Assembly: GCA_951406725.2 (NCBI GenBank)
Contig: OX597830.1
Span: 35,030,001-35,094,000 of the forward strand
Direction of reading: 5' to 3'
DNA length: 64,000 bases
Source of the DNA: Octopus vulgaris
Taxonomy: Eukaryota
Under the pieces are notes generated by a model. The model was not told the origin of the DNA and searched no databases. It saw only the letters and a program-made list of their open reading frames with translations. The position numbers and the translations under genes are program-made. Shown here in pieces: positions 50,821 to 64,000 of this stretch; position 1 is the first letter of the stretch, and each line of letters starts with the position of its first letter.

Positions 50821-51339
50821 TACACAAATACACATGCAAATACACATGCATACGCACATGCACATACGTACACGCGTACGCGTGCACAAGAAACTGCACA
50901 GGTACCACCGATAATAAGTAAGATTAATGTACTGGGTATTCTAGGTGTGAGAAGAGAATATGTCTGTGGGTATCATGCTATGCGCAGTTTCAGGCACGTG
51001 TCTTAAAAAATAAAATATCACTATTTGTGGTACGTAACCTTTCGAAAACATACATTTACAACAAAGTAATTGGGATTTTGTCATCGAAAGTTTCCTTCCG
51101 GCTATAGATTATCCTGGGAAAGTATAAAAGGTTTTAAATACACACATACACACACACACGCATACACACAGGTTGGTGTTTGTGATTGTGTCTCCACGCG
51201 CATGTATATACATCCCAGCAATTTGCCAGCAATAGCAGCTAAATACCGTCAAATCACACTATGTCATTTTTTAGAAGAAGGGGCACGTTGGTTATTGTAA
51301 TTTTAAGTATATGCACTACACCAGCAAAAGCATCCAGTT

Positions 51340-51715
51340 CTCAAGAGGTACTTGTTTTATGGACCCGAATAGGATGAGAGGCCAAGTCAACCTCGACGGA
51401 ACTCGAACTCAGAAAGTAAGAACGGACGAAATGCCGCCAAGATTTGTATCCGGTCTGCTAATGATTCTATCTGATCACTGCCTTCAGTGGCTTCATATAG
51501 TGACTTAAGTTTTGGCGCAAAGCCAGCAATTTTGGGAAGAGATAAGTCGATTAAATCTGCCCCAGGAATCAACTGTTTCTTGTTTTATCGACCTAGAAAG
51601 GATGAAAGGCCAAGTGAACTTCGGTGGAATTCGAACTCTGAATGTAAAAGCGGACGAAATGCCGCTAAGCATTTAATCCGGCGTGCTAACGATTCTGCTA
51701 GCCTACTGTCATACT
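51340..51715 (-). mobile_element. Two adjacent SINE family A copies
   Basis: Two units each with aggatga.aggcca..gtc/gaac.tcg..gaa.tcgaactc.gaa..ggacgaaatgccgc.aag. Confidence 0.7.
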
Positions 51716-52084
51716 GGCTTCGCATATTACGATTTCCTATTACTGAGTGAAGATACGACACACTGGTGTAGATGGTGATTTGTAGTTGATGCGGCATTTA
51801 ATCACTCACTTCAGAGAGGCTGTTACGTTCTCAGCTAATTACATAAAATAAATAAGCTTCCTGCATATGAAGAAGATATACCCGTTGACCATAAGTTTTA
51901 TGGCGTGTCATTGATGGCGAGAAAGAAAAAGATAGAGTCAACACACACAAAAAAATATATATGACAAGGGCTTGATTATCTATATATTTCTTGATACCTG
52001 CACAGCGTCAATGTACCCTGTCACTGGTAACGATATAATGTAATCTAAGTGTTAAATATCTTAAAATGTTAGTGATAATAATAA

Positions 52085-52342
52085 AAATAATCAGACGAAG
52101 GAGAATGAGGGGGAGGAGGAGGATGAGAAGAAGAAGAAGAAGAAGAAGAAGAAGAAGAAGAAGAAGAAGAAGAAGAAGAAGGAGGAGTAGAAGCAGAAGA
52201 AGAAGAAGAAGAAGAAGAAGAAGGAGAAGAAGGAGAAGTAGAAGCAGAAGAAGAAGAAGAAGAAGAAGAAGAAGAAGAAGAAGAAGAAGAAGAAGAAGAA
52301 GAAGAAGAAGAAGAAGAAGAAGAAGAAGAAGAAGAAGAAGAA
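52085..52342. repeat. (GAA)n array
   Basis: Directly visible; source of poly-R/F/L ORFs. Confidence 0.9.
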
Positions 52343-52724
52343 TTTCAAATTTTGTAAACAAGGGCAACAACTTGTGGGGAGAGGATGAGTCGATTACATC
52401 GAATCCAGTATTTCATTAATACTTATTTTATCGACCCCCGAAAGGATGAAAGGCAAAGTCGACCTCGGCGGAATTTGAACTCAGAACATAAAGACAGACG
52501 AAATACCTATTTCTTTTCTACCCAGAAGGGCCTAAACAAGGACCGACAAACGGACTAAGTCGATTACATCGACCCCAGTGCGTAACTGGTACTTAATTCA
52601 TCGACCCCGAAAGGATGAAAAGCAAAGTCGACCTCAGCGGAAGTTGAACTCAGAACGTAGCGACAGACGAAATACCGTTAAGCATTTTATCCAGGGCGAT
52701 AACGATTCAGCCATCTCGCCGCCT
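52343..52724 (-). mobile_element. SINE family A dimer (head-body-tail1 then headless body-tail2)
   Basis: Minus-strand junction gggtagaaaagaaata|ggtatttcgtctgtc at ~52495-52522. Confidence 0.8.
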
Positions 52725-52725
52725 C

Positions 52726-52787
<62 letters not shown>

Positions 52788-52801
52788 TGATGATGATGAT
52801 G

Positions 52802-53323
52802 AATGCCCTGATGCTGTACCAGGCTCACTATGTGTCTGATCATATCTGATTGGAAGTGTTGTAATGAAAATGTTTTGTCTTGTTATAAAAGATGGGCCAT
52901 CGCAAATATTCTGCTGAATACCGAAGATATGTTTCGTAGCTGCATCTCAGAGATGCTCGGTATATGCATCTCTGATCACGAGCAGAAGTGGTGGGGAGTA
53001 TCATAGCTGTGTTGAAGGAATTCTTTGGAATTTGAATAACTCACCTCTAGAAACGTGGGTGTTTCGTTTAACATTCTTAAACAACCCTTATTTAAGGACC
53101 TTTTTAGCGAGATGGGCTATCCCTACTGAAGAAAATTCTAATACGTCCCCACCTGCAAGGCCATGCGCTGTTTATCTTGATATGAGATCACCATGTCGCG
53201 CAAATATGGTTGTGATGCATGTGCCTGGTGTACACTTATGAGACGGGTAGTCATGATGGGTATACAGGGCTTCGTATATTTTACCCCAAAGTCGCTCTGA
53301 TGGCATGCAATGCTCTCTCACTC
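52802..53323 (+). mobile_element. Family D non-coding element, second copy, within (TAA)n
   Basis: (AAT/GAT)n upstream, (AAT)n downstream; homologous throughout to the reverse complement of 26115-26651; ends gatggcatgcaatgctctctcactc-aataat. Confidence 0.8.
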
Positions 53324-53419
<96 letters not shown>

Positions 53420-54109
53420 TTTCAGATTCTGGCTTCCTTCATATACACTATGTCGTTACTAATTTCAGAATGAAATGCCCAAATTGAGTTCTCTGGGTGA
53501 AATTTCGTAGAATTTGCAAGTCATTGTGTGCTTACAAACAATAACACTTTTGCCATTAATATTCCCTTCTACCCCTTCCTCCGCTGCCTCCGCTGCCTCC
53601 GCTGTCTCTGCCTTCTCCTCATCATCATCAGCATTAGTAACAGAATCCTCTCCATTATCGTTGTCGTCATGTTATTCATTAAATTCCTCATCAGGATCAA
53701 TATTATTCATCGTCAACTGTTACCAGTATAAACGCGTAATCGCAAACAACATGGTCCCTATCAGCACCCGTCACACTTCTCCTCGTCCCAAACTTCCTCT
53801 TTTTTCAGGGTTTTATCATATTCCTCTTCTTCTTCTTCCACATTATTTTCTATCCTTACCTGCTTCTTTTTCTTTCTTTCTTTCCTCTACTTCTTTTCCT
53901 TTCCCTTCGACTATTTCTCCCCAGTCTTCTTCTTTTACATTTTCTTTCTCATTTCCGTCTCTTTTTCTTCTTTTTCATCTTCCCTTTCTTCCTTTACTTC
54001 TTCTCTTTCATCCCCTCCTCCTTTTCCTTGCCCCTTGGTCTGCTTCCTTTTCTACATTCCTACATTTGCTGCCTCCATCTTACTCTAATATTATTATTCT
54101 TTTCTTAGC

Positions 54110-54286
54110 TATCTCCACCACCGCCACTTTTACCACTACTGCTGCTACTACTACTACAACTACTACTACTACTACTAAACTACCACCACCACCTCATCAA
54201 CTATTACTGATACCATGAACAGCAGCACCACCAATACTACAATGAATACTATTACACTTAGCACCACCAGCATTACTACTACTACA

Positions 54287-54327
<41 letters not shown>

Positions 54328-54585
54328 AAATAATAATAATAATAATAATAATAATATTACTACTGATCTTACTCCAGCCACCACCACCATCAATATCATT
54401 TTCATTCATTTTCTTCTTCTTCATCTTCTTCTTCTTCTTCTTCTTCTTCTTCCTCTTCGTCTTTTTCTTCTTCTTCTTCTTCTTCCTCTTCGTCTTCTTC
54501 TTCTTCTTCTTCTTCTTCTTCTTCTTCTTCTTCTTCTTCTTCTTCTTCTTCTTCTTCTTCTTCTTCTTCTTCTTCTTCTTCTTCA
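54110..54585. repeat. Compound (ACT)n/(ACC)n/(AAT)n/(TTC)n arrays
   Basis: Directly visible. Confidence 0.9.
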
Positions 54586-56158
54586 GGTACTCTATCCACG
54601 TTACAGTTATGTAGCTTTTTCTTGTTGATCTTTTTTTTACTCATGTTGTTTGTTTGATTTTCTTGCTTTTTATCATTTGTTGCTAATTTAGTTTGTTTTT
54701 AGCTTTAAGCTGAAATTTTCGCCTCAGGATAAAATATTAACTGAGGCATGAAATGAGCTAAAATAACAAGAGTTGTTACGATGATGCGATCAAAACATCT
54801 GGATTGATGTTTGTTAAAATAGCAAACATAACAGGCCAAATATTCTCACAGTTTAATCAACTCTGATTCTTCTTTATTAATGCCTTGCTCGAAACGGTGT
54901 CTTTATGATGTTATGAAAAGAAATGAATAAGAAAGAAGAATACAAACATATACATACATATATATATATATATATATATTCACGAATGTACATATATATA
55001 AACACATACATATACAATGGTGTATACAAATATACATATATATGTTGATATATATATATATATTTATATGTATTTATATATATATATGTACATAAAAATA
55101 ATATATATATGTATATATGTTTATGTATTGCACTTAATAAATAGAAGCACATAAGGAGATGCAAAATCTAAATTGAAAATAAATGCTAACAATATTGGAT
55201 GTGATATCAGTGTTATTTATGCTAATATTTTTTATTATCATCGCTATTAATATTGTTGTTATTATTTTTTGACGTTTTCGTTTAGGTAACACACACACAC
55301 ACATACACACTTGCACACATATATAATAACACCAAACACGTACGCTCACATATATTCACATGACGGCAATCTATAACACTCATACGTACACATACACTAC
55401 ATCTGTTTCACTATATCCTATGCTAAATTACACATAAAAATATAATACGTACGTACGCACGCACACATGCTATATGTATTTATATGTTTGTGTGTGTGTG
55501 TGTGTGTGTATTTATAAAGTGAAGATTTACTCATCATTACTAATAGCTTCATGCCTCACTTAATTACCCAGGAAATCCTCGGATGATGTAAGTCCAGCGT
55601 TCTTCCAAGAATGTAAATCTTTAAAAATCTGAAGTTAGTGAACGTAATTTGCAATTGAGAACTGAAAGTTGGAATTATTTTTACTTCTGTGTGTACTTCC
55701 ATCTAAACTCACTGAAGGAATTCTAATCGACAAATAAGGGATATTCCGTAGAAAGAAAAATGTAAAAAAAAAAATGTTCTATTAGAAGCAGAGAAAAACT
55801 TTACAATCTACACTGTTATGATATTGATATTGATTTATCATTTTGTGTATTTTACAAATATGGTACAGAGGCCTTGAACACATAACTTATTTTAACATTG
55901 GAACACATAAAGATAGCAAGTGTTCTAAGCCGAATGTATATGTGAACACATTACAAATTTCCGAACATGGATCTTATCACTACGCATAGTTTACGTTCTT
56001 CAAGTTTTAGAATATCTTTGCTTATGCACTGTCACGCCGCTTCTCTATCAGTGAACAAAGAGTTGGCGTGATAATCATAGTATAATATGTATTATATATA
56101 TATGTATATTTAAGTATCTATATATCGTATATATCTATCTATCTTTGTATCTCTATCT

Positions 56159-56269
<111 letters not shown>

Positions 56270-58024
56270 ATATATATATTCATATATATATGTGTGTGTG
56301 TATATATATATATATTCATATATATATATGTGTGTGTGTGTGTGTATATACTTATTTGTATGTATTTATATTCATATCTCTATATGCATGTGCCTATGTA
56401 CAAAAGGATATCTAATTATGATTTCAATCACAGATATAAACACACTTGTTGAAAACACGCGTCTAATGCATACAGAGATCATTGATATTCTCGGAACGGA
56501 TCTAATACGTTAGATTATCGCACCTTGTATAAGAGGAAAGTTGTCCATTTACCATCCTATCTGCTGTTGTTTTTATTGTCGTTAGCCATCAGCAAGTTTA
56601 ACATTTGTACGGTGTTTATTAATGTTTGCCACTAAATTTAACATATGGGCAAAACTAACCACGCTTACAATGCAAATGTTTTTATTGTTACATTGCTCTT
56701 AGCACTTAGAGCGAAGTTAATAATGGTATCAACATTCCTTGCAAGGAAAGAAAAAGAGAGAGATGGTCTTGTAACACTTTGCCGCTATAATTTCATTTTC
56801 ATCCTAGTATTGAATTGAATTTGCTGAATTCTCAATAAATAATCAATGGCCAGCATTGTGACACTGCTTTTTTTTTTCTGGAGTTAAATTTAATTTAATT
56901 TTTTCAGATATTTCCTGATACCAAAGTGCACAATAAATATGATGTATGCTAGTGGCTACTGGTCTTAGTTCAATTAAGATAAAGCTATGTAATAGCTACG
57001 TTAAAAAGAAAATGTTAACTGTAACTGTGAATTTTGCTCCTCATATTCGGATACTAAATATAACACAAATTTTAACAGTGTTAAGTATTAATGCCACCAC
57101 GTGGGCAATGTGCACTTTTACAATACCCTCTCTGTTCCATTTATTCTAATCAGATTTCTGATCTCTTTCTTGCTGTCTATCTCAAATGTCTGAGGATCTG
57201 AAAACAAAGCTGGGGGTTCTGCTATGAATAAGCCTTATAAAAATTGATAAGTTAATGCATCATATTGAATAATGGAGCATTAACGTGAAAACTGCCTAGA
57301 AATATGAAGTGAGAAAACAAAAACAGTATTAATGAATAAATAAGTACAAAAGTCAACCCGACGTTTATTTTGACTTTAAGACGAACTTACAAAGCATCAC
57401 CCCCTTTGCACAAGCTAATATGTTGCGGAATATTAAGATAGCGAGCAAGCAGAATCTTTAGAACACAGGAAAAAATGCTTAAATTTCGAAAGTCTTTACG
57501 TTCAGAGTTCAAATTCTGCCATTAGAATACTGACGTCGGTAGAATCTATTTGCCCGCTTCTCGCGAAATTACTTGCTTTGTGCTAAAAGAGGCACAGGAC
57601 ACCGTATTTCATGACTGAATTTAAGACATCATCTGCAGTTGAGGTCTCGAGAAAGAAGCAACTTTAGCTTTATGGGGGCACACAACTTTCTGTTGTGTTT
57701 ACACATAAGTTATATTCCTTTTTGGGAGACGAATTCTGAGAATCATGGACCAGAATGTTTTGAATCTTTTGGTATCTGTTCGATGCTGTATTTCCCGTCC
57801 AAGAACTCAGAATTCATACACCGCTGAATATCAAATTTGGTTGTGACCCTACCACTGCAGATAATTGCATATACCAGTCAAGAATCTTTCTATCCTTCTC
57901 TCTCTCTTTCTCTATCTCTCCTCTCTCTTTTTTCTCCTTCCTTCTCTTTCTCTCTCTTTCCTTCTATGGGAATCCGTTATAGCACACTATAAAAAGTCAC
58001 TTGGGATTATTAGTAGCGCTATCG

Positions 58025-58250
58025 AGGTAGCGTGCTGGCAGGATAGGTAACACGCCGGACAACATGCGTAGAAATATTTCTTCCGGCTTTATGTTCTGAG
58101 TTTAAACGCCACCACAGTCGACTTCGCTTTTCATCATTTGAAGTCGATGAAATGAATACAAGTTAAGCTGTTATTACATCTGGTCGATGTAATAAACATC
58201 CCCCTCCACTCCAAAAGGCTCACTCTGAGCCAAAAAATAGAACGAATTGT
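58025..58250 (+). mobile_element. SINE family A, diverged, tail 2
   Basis: gcgtgctggcaggataggtaacacgccggac..gttctgagttt..gtcgacttcgcttttcatc. Confidence 0.6.
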
Positions 58251-60095
58251 TAATTGCATTCGTTTATCAAGAAATAGAGAATGATTGCACGAGGAAGTAG
58301 CAACCACTTATGCGTTACTGGTATTGTTCAAGAACAAAGAATTATGAGTTAGAGCACAGCTACGAACCAAAAAATAATAATTAGTTCTAATCCATCTTAA
58401 TACATTTTACTGACAATTACTTTATCGTCCACTGTGTAAGAATATATAAATATACGCAAGGAAAATATTTAAAGAAAAACTGTTACCAAAACGTGAAGAA
58501 CTAACAAAATACGTTTAATTTGACGCTGAACAGTTTTAGTCAAAATAATGAAAATATTCAACAAAGATATATTTTAGTTCTCTGTTCTTGTTTTTCTTTT
58601 TTCTTTTCATCTTTGTGATTTGTTTTTCAATAAAGTCATTCCTTTATGCAAGACACACATTATATGTCAAGCTAAATATAATAAAAATGAAAAAAAATTA
58701 TTCAATGAGATTCGGTAGGAAATCTATTCAGGAAAGAGGTAGAGATAAACATGTATGGCATATTAAATGGTAGTCAGTTTCAAGTCTAGATATATCCGGA
58801 AAAAAAAAAAGACAGAATAAAAATATATATATACATTTAAAGATCATATCTCATATAAAATGATGAGATAATATATATGAATATAAGAAAATATGCATAT
58901 ATGCCTGATCTTGTGTGTGTATGCATGTGCTCGCGTGCCTGTGTGTGGAGGAAGGAATGTGATCATATATGGTATATATGCAAATGTAAATGTATACTTA
59001 CGAACACACAGGACCACAAACAAACACACATACAGATCTATCCAAAATTATGTATGCATATACATACGCGTATATATATAGATTTCAATACGTATAAAAC
59101 AGGCAGGTATTTATACATAATTATACGGAGGCATGAAATGTTTTACGCTATAAACAAAAACCTTGTGTTAATGTCGAGGTCTCTTTCATGGAGAGAGAGA
59201 CATACTTCTTTCATTCTTACTCTCTCTCTCTTTCTCTCCCTGTCTTTATATAAATATATGCGCGCGTGTGAGAGTATATAAAGACACAGGATTACAAATA
59301 CACACATACACACACACACAAACACACACACACACACGTATATACAGGTAGATACGCATTTGTATACGCATCTGGGAAGTTTTGTGCATGTGTGAAACTA
59401 AATTATTATCTAGATACAACAGACACACACACACACACATATATGCTTATACGTATATGCATATGTAAATAAATGTGTGTGCATGCGTGTACATATACAT
59501 ATATATGCATAAAGGCACACACACATATACATATGCACATTTATAAACATAGAAATATATACATGCATATACATATAAACACGGATACACACACAGTTGT
59601 GTGTGCGTGTTAGTGTGACATTGTTTATGCGTACGTCTGTGTTGCTTCCTTTATACAAATCCGTCTCTTGTTTCTTTGAATCTCTAACTATTTTACGAAG
59701 AATCACGAACTAATTCTGAATATAAATCATTTTTGAATTTCATATTCTTTTCAGTGTCATGAGTACGCCAGTTCATTTAAATGATGAAAATTTGCGAAGA
59801 TATCGAAAGCTTTAGCTTTGATAACTGACTTTGTACGCCATATTGGCTTGTGTTAGAGTCACGAAATTAATCAGCTAACCAATAGTGAACATGTGATCAA
59901 CATTTACGTGATACCACACCAGCCTTAACACAATCGAAACGGAACTGCTGCTAACTAACTTAAGTATATAAATAAGTCTATCTTCTATAAACTCGACAAT
60001 GCTTCAACCGGATTTCAGAGTACTGAATAAACATCGAAGATGTGAAAGATAACACAACTAGAGCCAATATTCGTGCGAGAGGGAAAGCAAAAAGC

Positions 60096-60097
<2 letters not shown>

Positions 60098-60170
<73 letters not shown>

Positions 60171-60294
60171 GGTTAGATAAATAGATAGATAGATGGATGG
60201 TTAGGTAAAAAGATAGATAGATATACTGATAGATAAACAAAGAGACAAACAGACGGACAGACGGACGTATAGACGGACAGACACATACACACAC

Positions 60295-60375
<81 letters not shown>

Positions 60376-60480
60376 CAAGTAGCTAGGTAGGTAGGTAGGC
60401 AGGTAGGTAGGTAGGTAGGGAGGTGGGTAGATAGTTAGATAGATAGATATACAGACAGACAGATTGATAGATAGATATGT
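60098..60480. repeat. (GATA)n/(GACA)n/(GGTA)n array
   Basis: Directly visible. Confidence 0.9.
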
Positions 60481-60740
60481 TTCTTTATTAGCCACACAGG
60501 GCTGCACACAGATAGAACAAATTACAAGGTAGAGCTTTTCTTTTGAAGGGTTAAAAAAATAAAAAAGGAAGGGGGGAGTTTCGATCAAAAGGGATCGTAA
60601 AAGGAGAGAAAGAGGACAAAAAAGGGGGGGTTAAAAAAAAAGGGGGAGAGGAAAAAAAATTGATCAATAGGGATCGTTATCACAGAAATGTCAATATGAA
60701 GTGTAAAGGGGAGGACAGGTGAGGTTTACCCGTGGAAAGA
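60481..60740 (-). mobile_element. 3' end of the same LINE-like element as 10230-10625 (copy 2), embedded in (GATA)n
   Basis: tttattagccacacagggctgcacacagatagaacaaattacaaggtagagcttttctttt..gggatcg..gtggaaaga; (GATA)n on both sides. Confidence 0.55.
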
Positions 60741-60874
<134 letters not shown>

Positions 60875-61239
60875 CGTAGATAGATAGAAACAGTTACCAG
60901 CTCCAAGTGTTTCAAGCAAACATGCACATTTAACCATTCACAGATTTGTCTCCGACATATCCACTTGTGCCAATATTATATGCATGCGCGTGTGTGGGTA
61001 TATGTCTGTTCGTGCGTCTGTGTATATGAATACGTATATGTATCTATGCGTATGTATATGTATGTATGTATGTATCTACACATACAAGATTACACGTATG
61101 AATACCACACACTCGAACAGGAACATACAGAAACATAAATAAATACGGTAGCATTCCTATAAAAATTAGAACGGAAAACAGGATATGTATACATCCACTA
61201 CACAAATATATAAAACGCTTTATATTTATATATGTGTGC

Positions 61240-61279
<40 letters not shown>

Positions 61280-61342
61280 CACACACACACACCCAAACAT
61301 ATATATATATGCATACATATACACATACATACATCTATATAT

Positions 61343-61387
<45 letters not shown>

Positions 61388-61638
61388 AATGCATACATGC
61401 ATACATATGTATGTATGTGTATATATATATATATTTATTTATGTATACGTATGTGTGTGTGTGCTTTCGAGAAAGAGAGGGTGGACAGAGAAAAGGAGAG
61501 AGATAGAGAATGAGACAAGTAGACTTGTGTCAACATGAAATGGCTTTCTTTCCAAATATTTTCATGTTAAATACCCCAACTATTTTCGTGTTTGATCTTG
61601 TTCAGTAAGGATTCTTTATAATTTTATTTTTCTTACTA

Positions 61639-62330
61639 CGAGGGGTTATCCAAAAGAAACCGGAATTTTAAAGTACTATTTTATTCACTCACTTAGGTTT
61701 ACATCTTTACACTTTTATCGCCTTCAGATATTCTCCATTTGAAGCAATATATCGGTCCACGAGCGTTTTCCACTATTCGAAGCAGAGCTGGAACTCTTGG
61801 GATGTGATGCCTTTTAACGCGTCCGTTGTTTTACCTTTTTTTTTCACCTCTTCCACATCTGCAAATTCCGTTGCACCAGCTTTCGTCACCAGTGATTACC
61901 TTCCAAAATGGTCCGGATCAACTTCCAGCTGGTCTTTCAGTTCTCAGCACGCATTCATTCAGTCTTGAAGGAGGTTGGTCTTCAAGCGAAAAGTAATTAT
62001 TCCTGAAACGAGAAAACCACTCATAAGCTTGTGATTTGCTCTTGGCAGCGTCCTTGTTAGCTGTTTCAAGCATAACAACTGTTTCGGATACCGTTTTCCC
62101 CCAGCAGAAAACAGAATTACACGGAAGCACGCCGTTCCTTCGTTTCACAAAATCGACGAACAGAGCAGAAACACTGAAAAACAAATACGCACCACGTGCA
62201 GCACAAAAACCACCGAAGACGTCTGTCGGCAGACTGATACCTGAGGGTCGCATCAAGTGGCTTCTAGCAGCGGGTTTGTCCCACAGAGAACATTTCCAGT
62301 TACTTTAGGGTATTTTAGGGTATTCACTCG
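61639..62330 (-). mobile_element. Mariner transposon with two internal deletions and imperfect TIRs
   Basis: ta|cgaggggttatccaaaagaaaccggaatt .. atttccagttactttaggg..cactcg|ta; GKTVSETVVMLETA..SQAYEWFSRFR (HTH), KVITGDESWC (first catalytic D), EFQLCFE*WKTLVDRYIASNGEY (C-terminus). Confidence 0.82.
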
Positions 62331-62439
62331 TATTTTATGCTTAGCCAGGGCCAATAGTTTTCATAAAATATCTATCTACTTATATTTGAAAATATCTCCG
62401 ACAGTATCATCAGAATGAAGTGAGAGCAATAGTCCTTTC

Positions 62440-62735
62440 TATTGGAAGGAGGGAGCCAACCGGTTATATCGATCTCCGTTCTCTAGTGTTGCTTATTTTT
62501 ATCGTACCCCAAACGATGAAGGGCAAGATTGACATCGGCAGGTTTTCAACGCAGAATGCAAGAAATCAGAAGAAAAGGGACAAAACTTGTTTATCGAACG
62601 TTCAAACGATCCTACTAGGTCGCTGCCTTCAGTGATAATTATAAGTCGTCCTTTCTAACTTTGACATAAGGCAAACAATTTTGAGAAAAGAGTAAGTCAA
62701 TCGGATCAGTCCGTGTGCTCAACTGGTACTTGTTA
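62440..62735 (-). mobile_element. Degenerate SINE family A fragments
   Basis: tttatcgtaccccaaacgatgaagggcaagattgacatcggc; aattttgagaaaagagtaagtc..gctcaactggtactt. Confidence 0.5.
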
Positions 62736-62761
62736 ATATTTTCACAACTATTGTTTTATAA

Positions 62762-63410
62762 AGGCGGCGAACAGGCAGAACAAGTGGCGAGCTGGCAGAA
62801 ACGTTAGCTCGCCGGGCGAAATGCGTAGCCGTATTTCGTCTGCCGTTACCTTCTGAGTTCAAATTCCGCCGAGGTTGAGTTTGCCTTTCAACATTTCAGT
62901 GTCGGTAAATTAAGTACCAGTTACGTACTGGGGTCGAAGTAATCGACTTAATCCGTTTGTCTGTCCTTGTTTGTCCTCTCTGTGTTTAGCCCTTTGTGGC
63001 TAGTAAAAAAATAGGTATTTCGTCTTCCGCCATGTTCTGAGTTCAAATTCCACCGAGGTCGACTTTGCCTTTCATTCTTTCGAGGTCGATTAAAAAAGTA
63101 CCAGTTACGCACTGGGTTCGATGTAATCGACCTAATCCCTTTGTCTGTCCTTGTTTGTCCCTTCTGTGTGTAGCCCCTTGTGGGCAATAAAGAAATAAGA
63201 ACTTTAACTGCGTCACAGAAGATGCTTAAAGTTTGCATTTCGTCCGGCTTCACGTTCTTAGTTCATTTGCCACTGCGGTCGACTTTGCCTTTCATCCTTT
63301 CGGGTTCGATAAAAGAAGTACCATTTGAGAACTGGGGGTCGATGTAATCGACTTGCCACATCCCCTCAAAATTGCTGGCCTTGCGCCAAAGTTTGAAACC
63401 AGTATTTTTT
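62762..63410 (+). mobile_element. Nested SINE family A: tail-1 dimer inserted into the head of an older tail-2 copy
   Basis: Old head aggcggcgaacaggcagaa (62762-62780), young dimer ~62785-63200 with junction aaaaaata|ggtatttcgtc, then old body and tail 2 to ~63405. Confidence 0.75.
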
Positions 63411-63439
63411 TACTAATTTTATTTCATAAATTATGATAA

Positions 63440-63575
63440 TGCGATCTGTGTATGGTAAGAAGTTTGCTTCCCAACCACATGGCCCAGGGTTCGGTATCAC
63501 TGTGTGGCTCCTTGAGCAATTGTCTACTTCTCTACTTCTAATAGCATCGGGATGACCAACGTCTTGTGAGCAAGT
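63440..63575 (+). mobile_element. SINE family B, 5' part
   Basis: tggtaagaagtttgcttcccaaccacatgg..gggttcgg..gtggctccttgagcaattgtc. Confidence 0.6.
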
Positions 63576-64000
63576 ATTGTTGTTATTTGCCCTGTGTAAC
63601 GGTTTGATATCTGTTTTGAAATGTTTATATCTTAACATTTGCCTGAAGTCCCTTGTATGGTTTGCAAGTCTGTGCCCTTTTTTGTGTTTGTGAAAGGCTT
63701 TTTTTGCCTAATATTCTATAAATGTATATTTGTGGCTGCGTATGATCCACATTGCACTCACTTTTTATTGACATAGTCATCAGATATCCTTGTTCCCCTT
63801 ACTATGATATATCTGTGTGGTTTGTGAAGTTTTGCAGAATGCATCGTTCGAACCTGTGAATTTCTAATATTTTTCTATAGATAACTCTCCAAAAAAATCT
63901 GTTCACGTATGCCATTTTAATGCATGTTGTATACCATTTTAATGCATGTTGGTTTCACTCTTAAGACTGTCTTCATTTGAATCTTCATAATTGATGAGAA

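Noticed and set aside
53514-54218. 234-aa ORF
   Set aside because: Low-complexity pyrimidine-rich and trinucleotide sequence with no domain features
63912-63952. 18-bp direct repeat ccattttaatgcatgttg x2
   Set aside because: Local duplication with no further structure
63580-64000. Possible decayed retroelement coding sequence on the minus strand
   Set aside because: No diagnostic motif could be identified and it is cut by the window edge

Overview
AT-rich, microsatellite-saturated animal DNA whose repeat content (tRNA-derived SINEs, dense (TA)n/(AAT)n/(GATA)n/(CAT)n tracts) strongly suggests an octopus/coleoid cephalopod genome (inference). I can recognise no host protein-coding exon with confidence, so the window is intergenic or a large intron. 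Nearly all short ORFs are microsatellite artefacts. The only real long ORF (38970-42659, 1229 aa) is an uninterrupted RLE-type non-LTR retrotransposon of the R4/Dong type (Myb-like N-terminus, RT, CCHC knuckle, PD..D endonuclease) ending in a (TAA)n array. It sits in a ~13 kb cluster of at least seven relics of related RLE elements, most next to trinucleotide arrays, and the 3' UTRs retain covarying stem-loops. A ~530-bp non-coding element with no recognisable tRNA head also lies in (TAA)n arrays (two copies plus a ~98% identical inverted fragment) and may be a non-autonomous partner of this system. Other content: three SINE families (one with two swappable tails, a recurrent dimer junction and a tail shared with a LINE-like relic), deleted mariner and maT-like transposons, a non-autonomous Helitron, a TTAA-flanked long-TIR MITE, RTE and Penelope-like fragments, a minimal hammerhead-like motif and a near-perfect ~90-bp-arm hairpin. 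All coordinates and identities were read by eye and are approximate.
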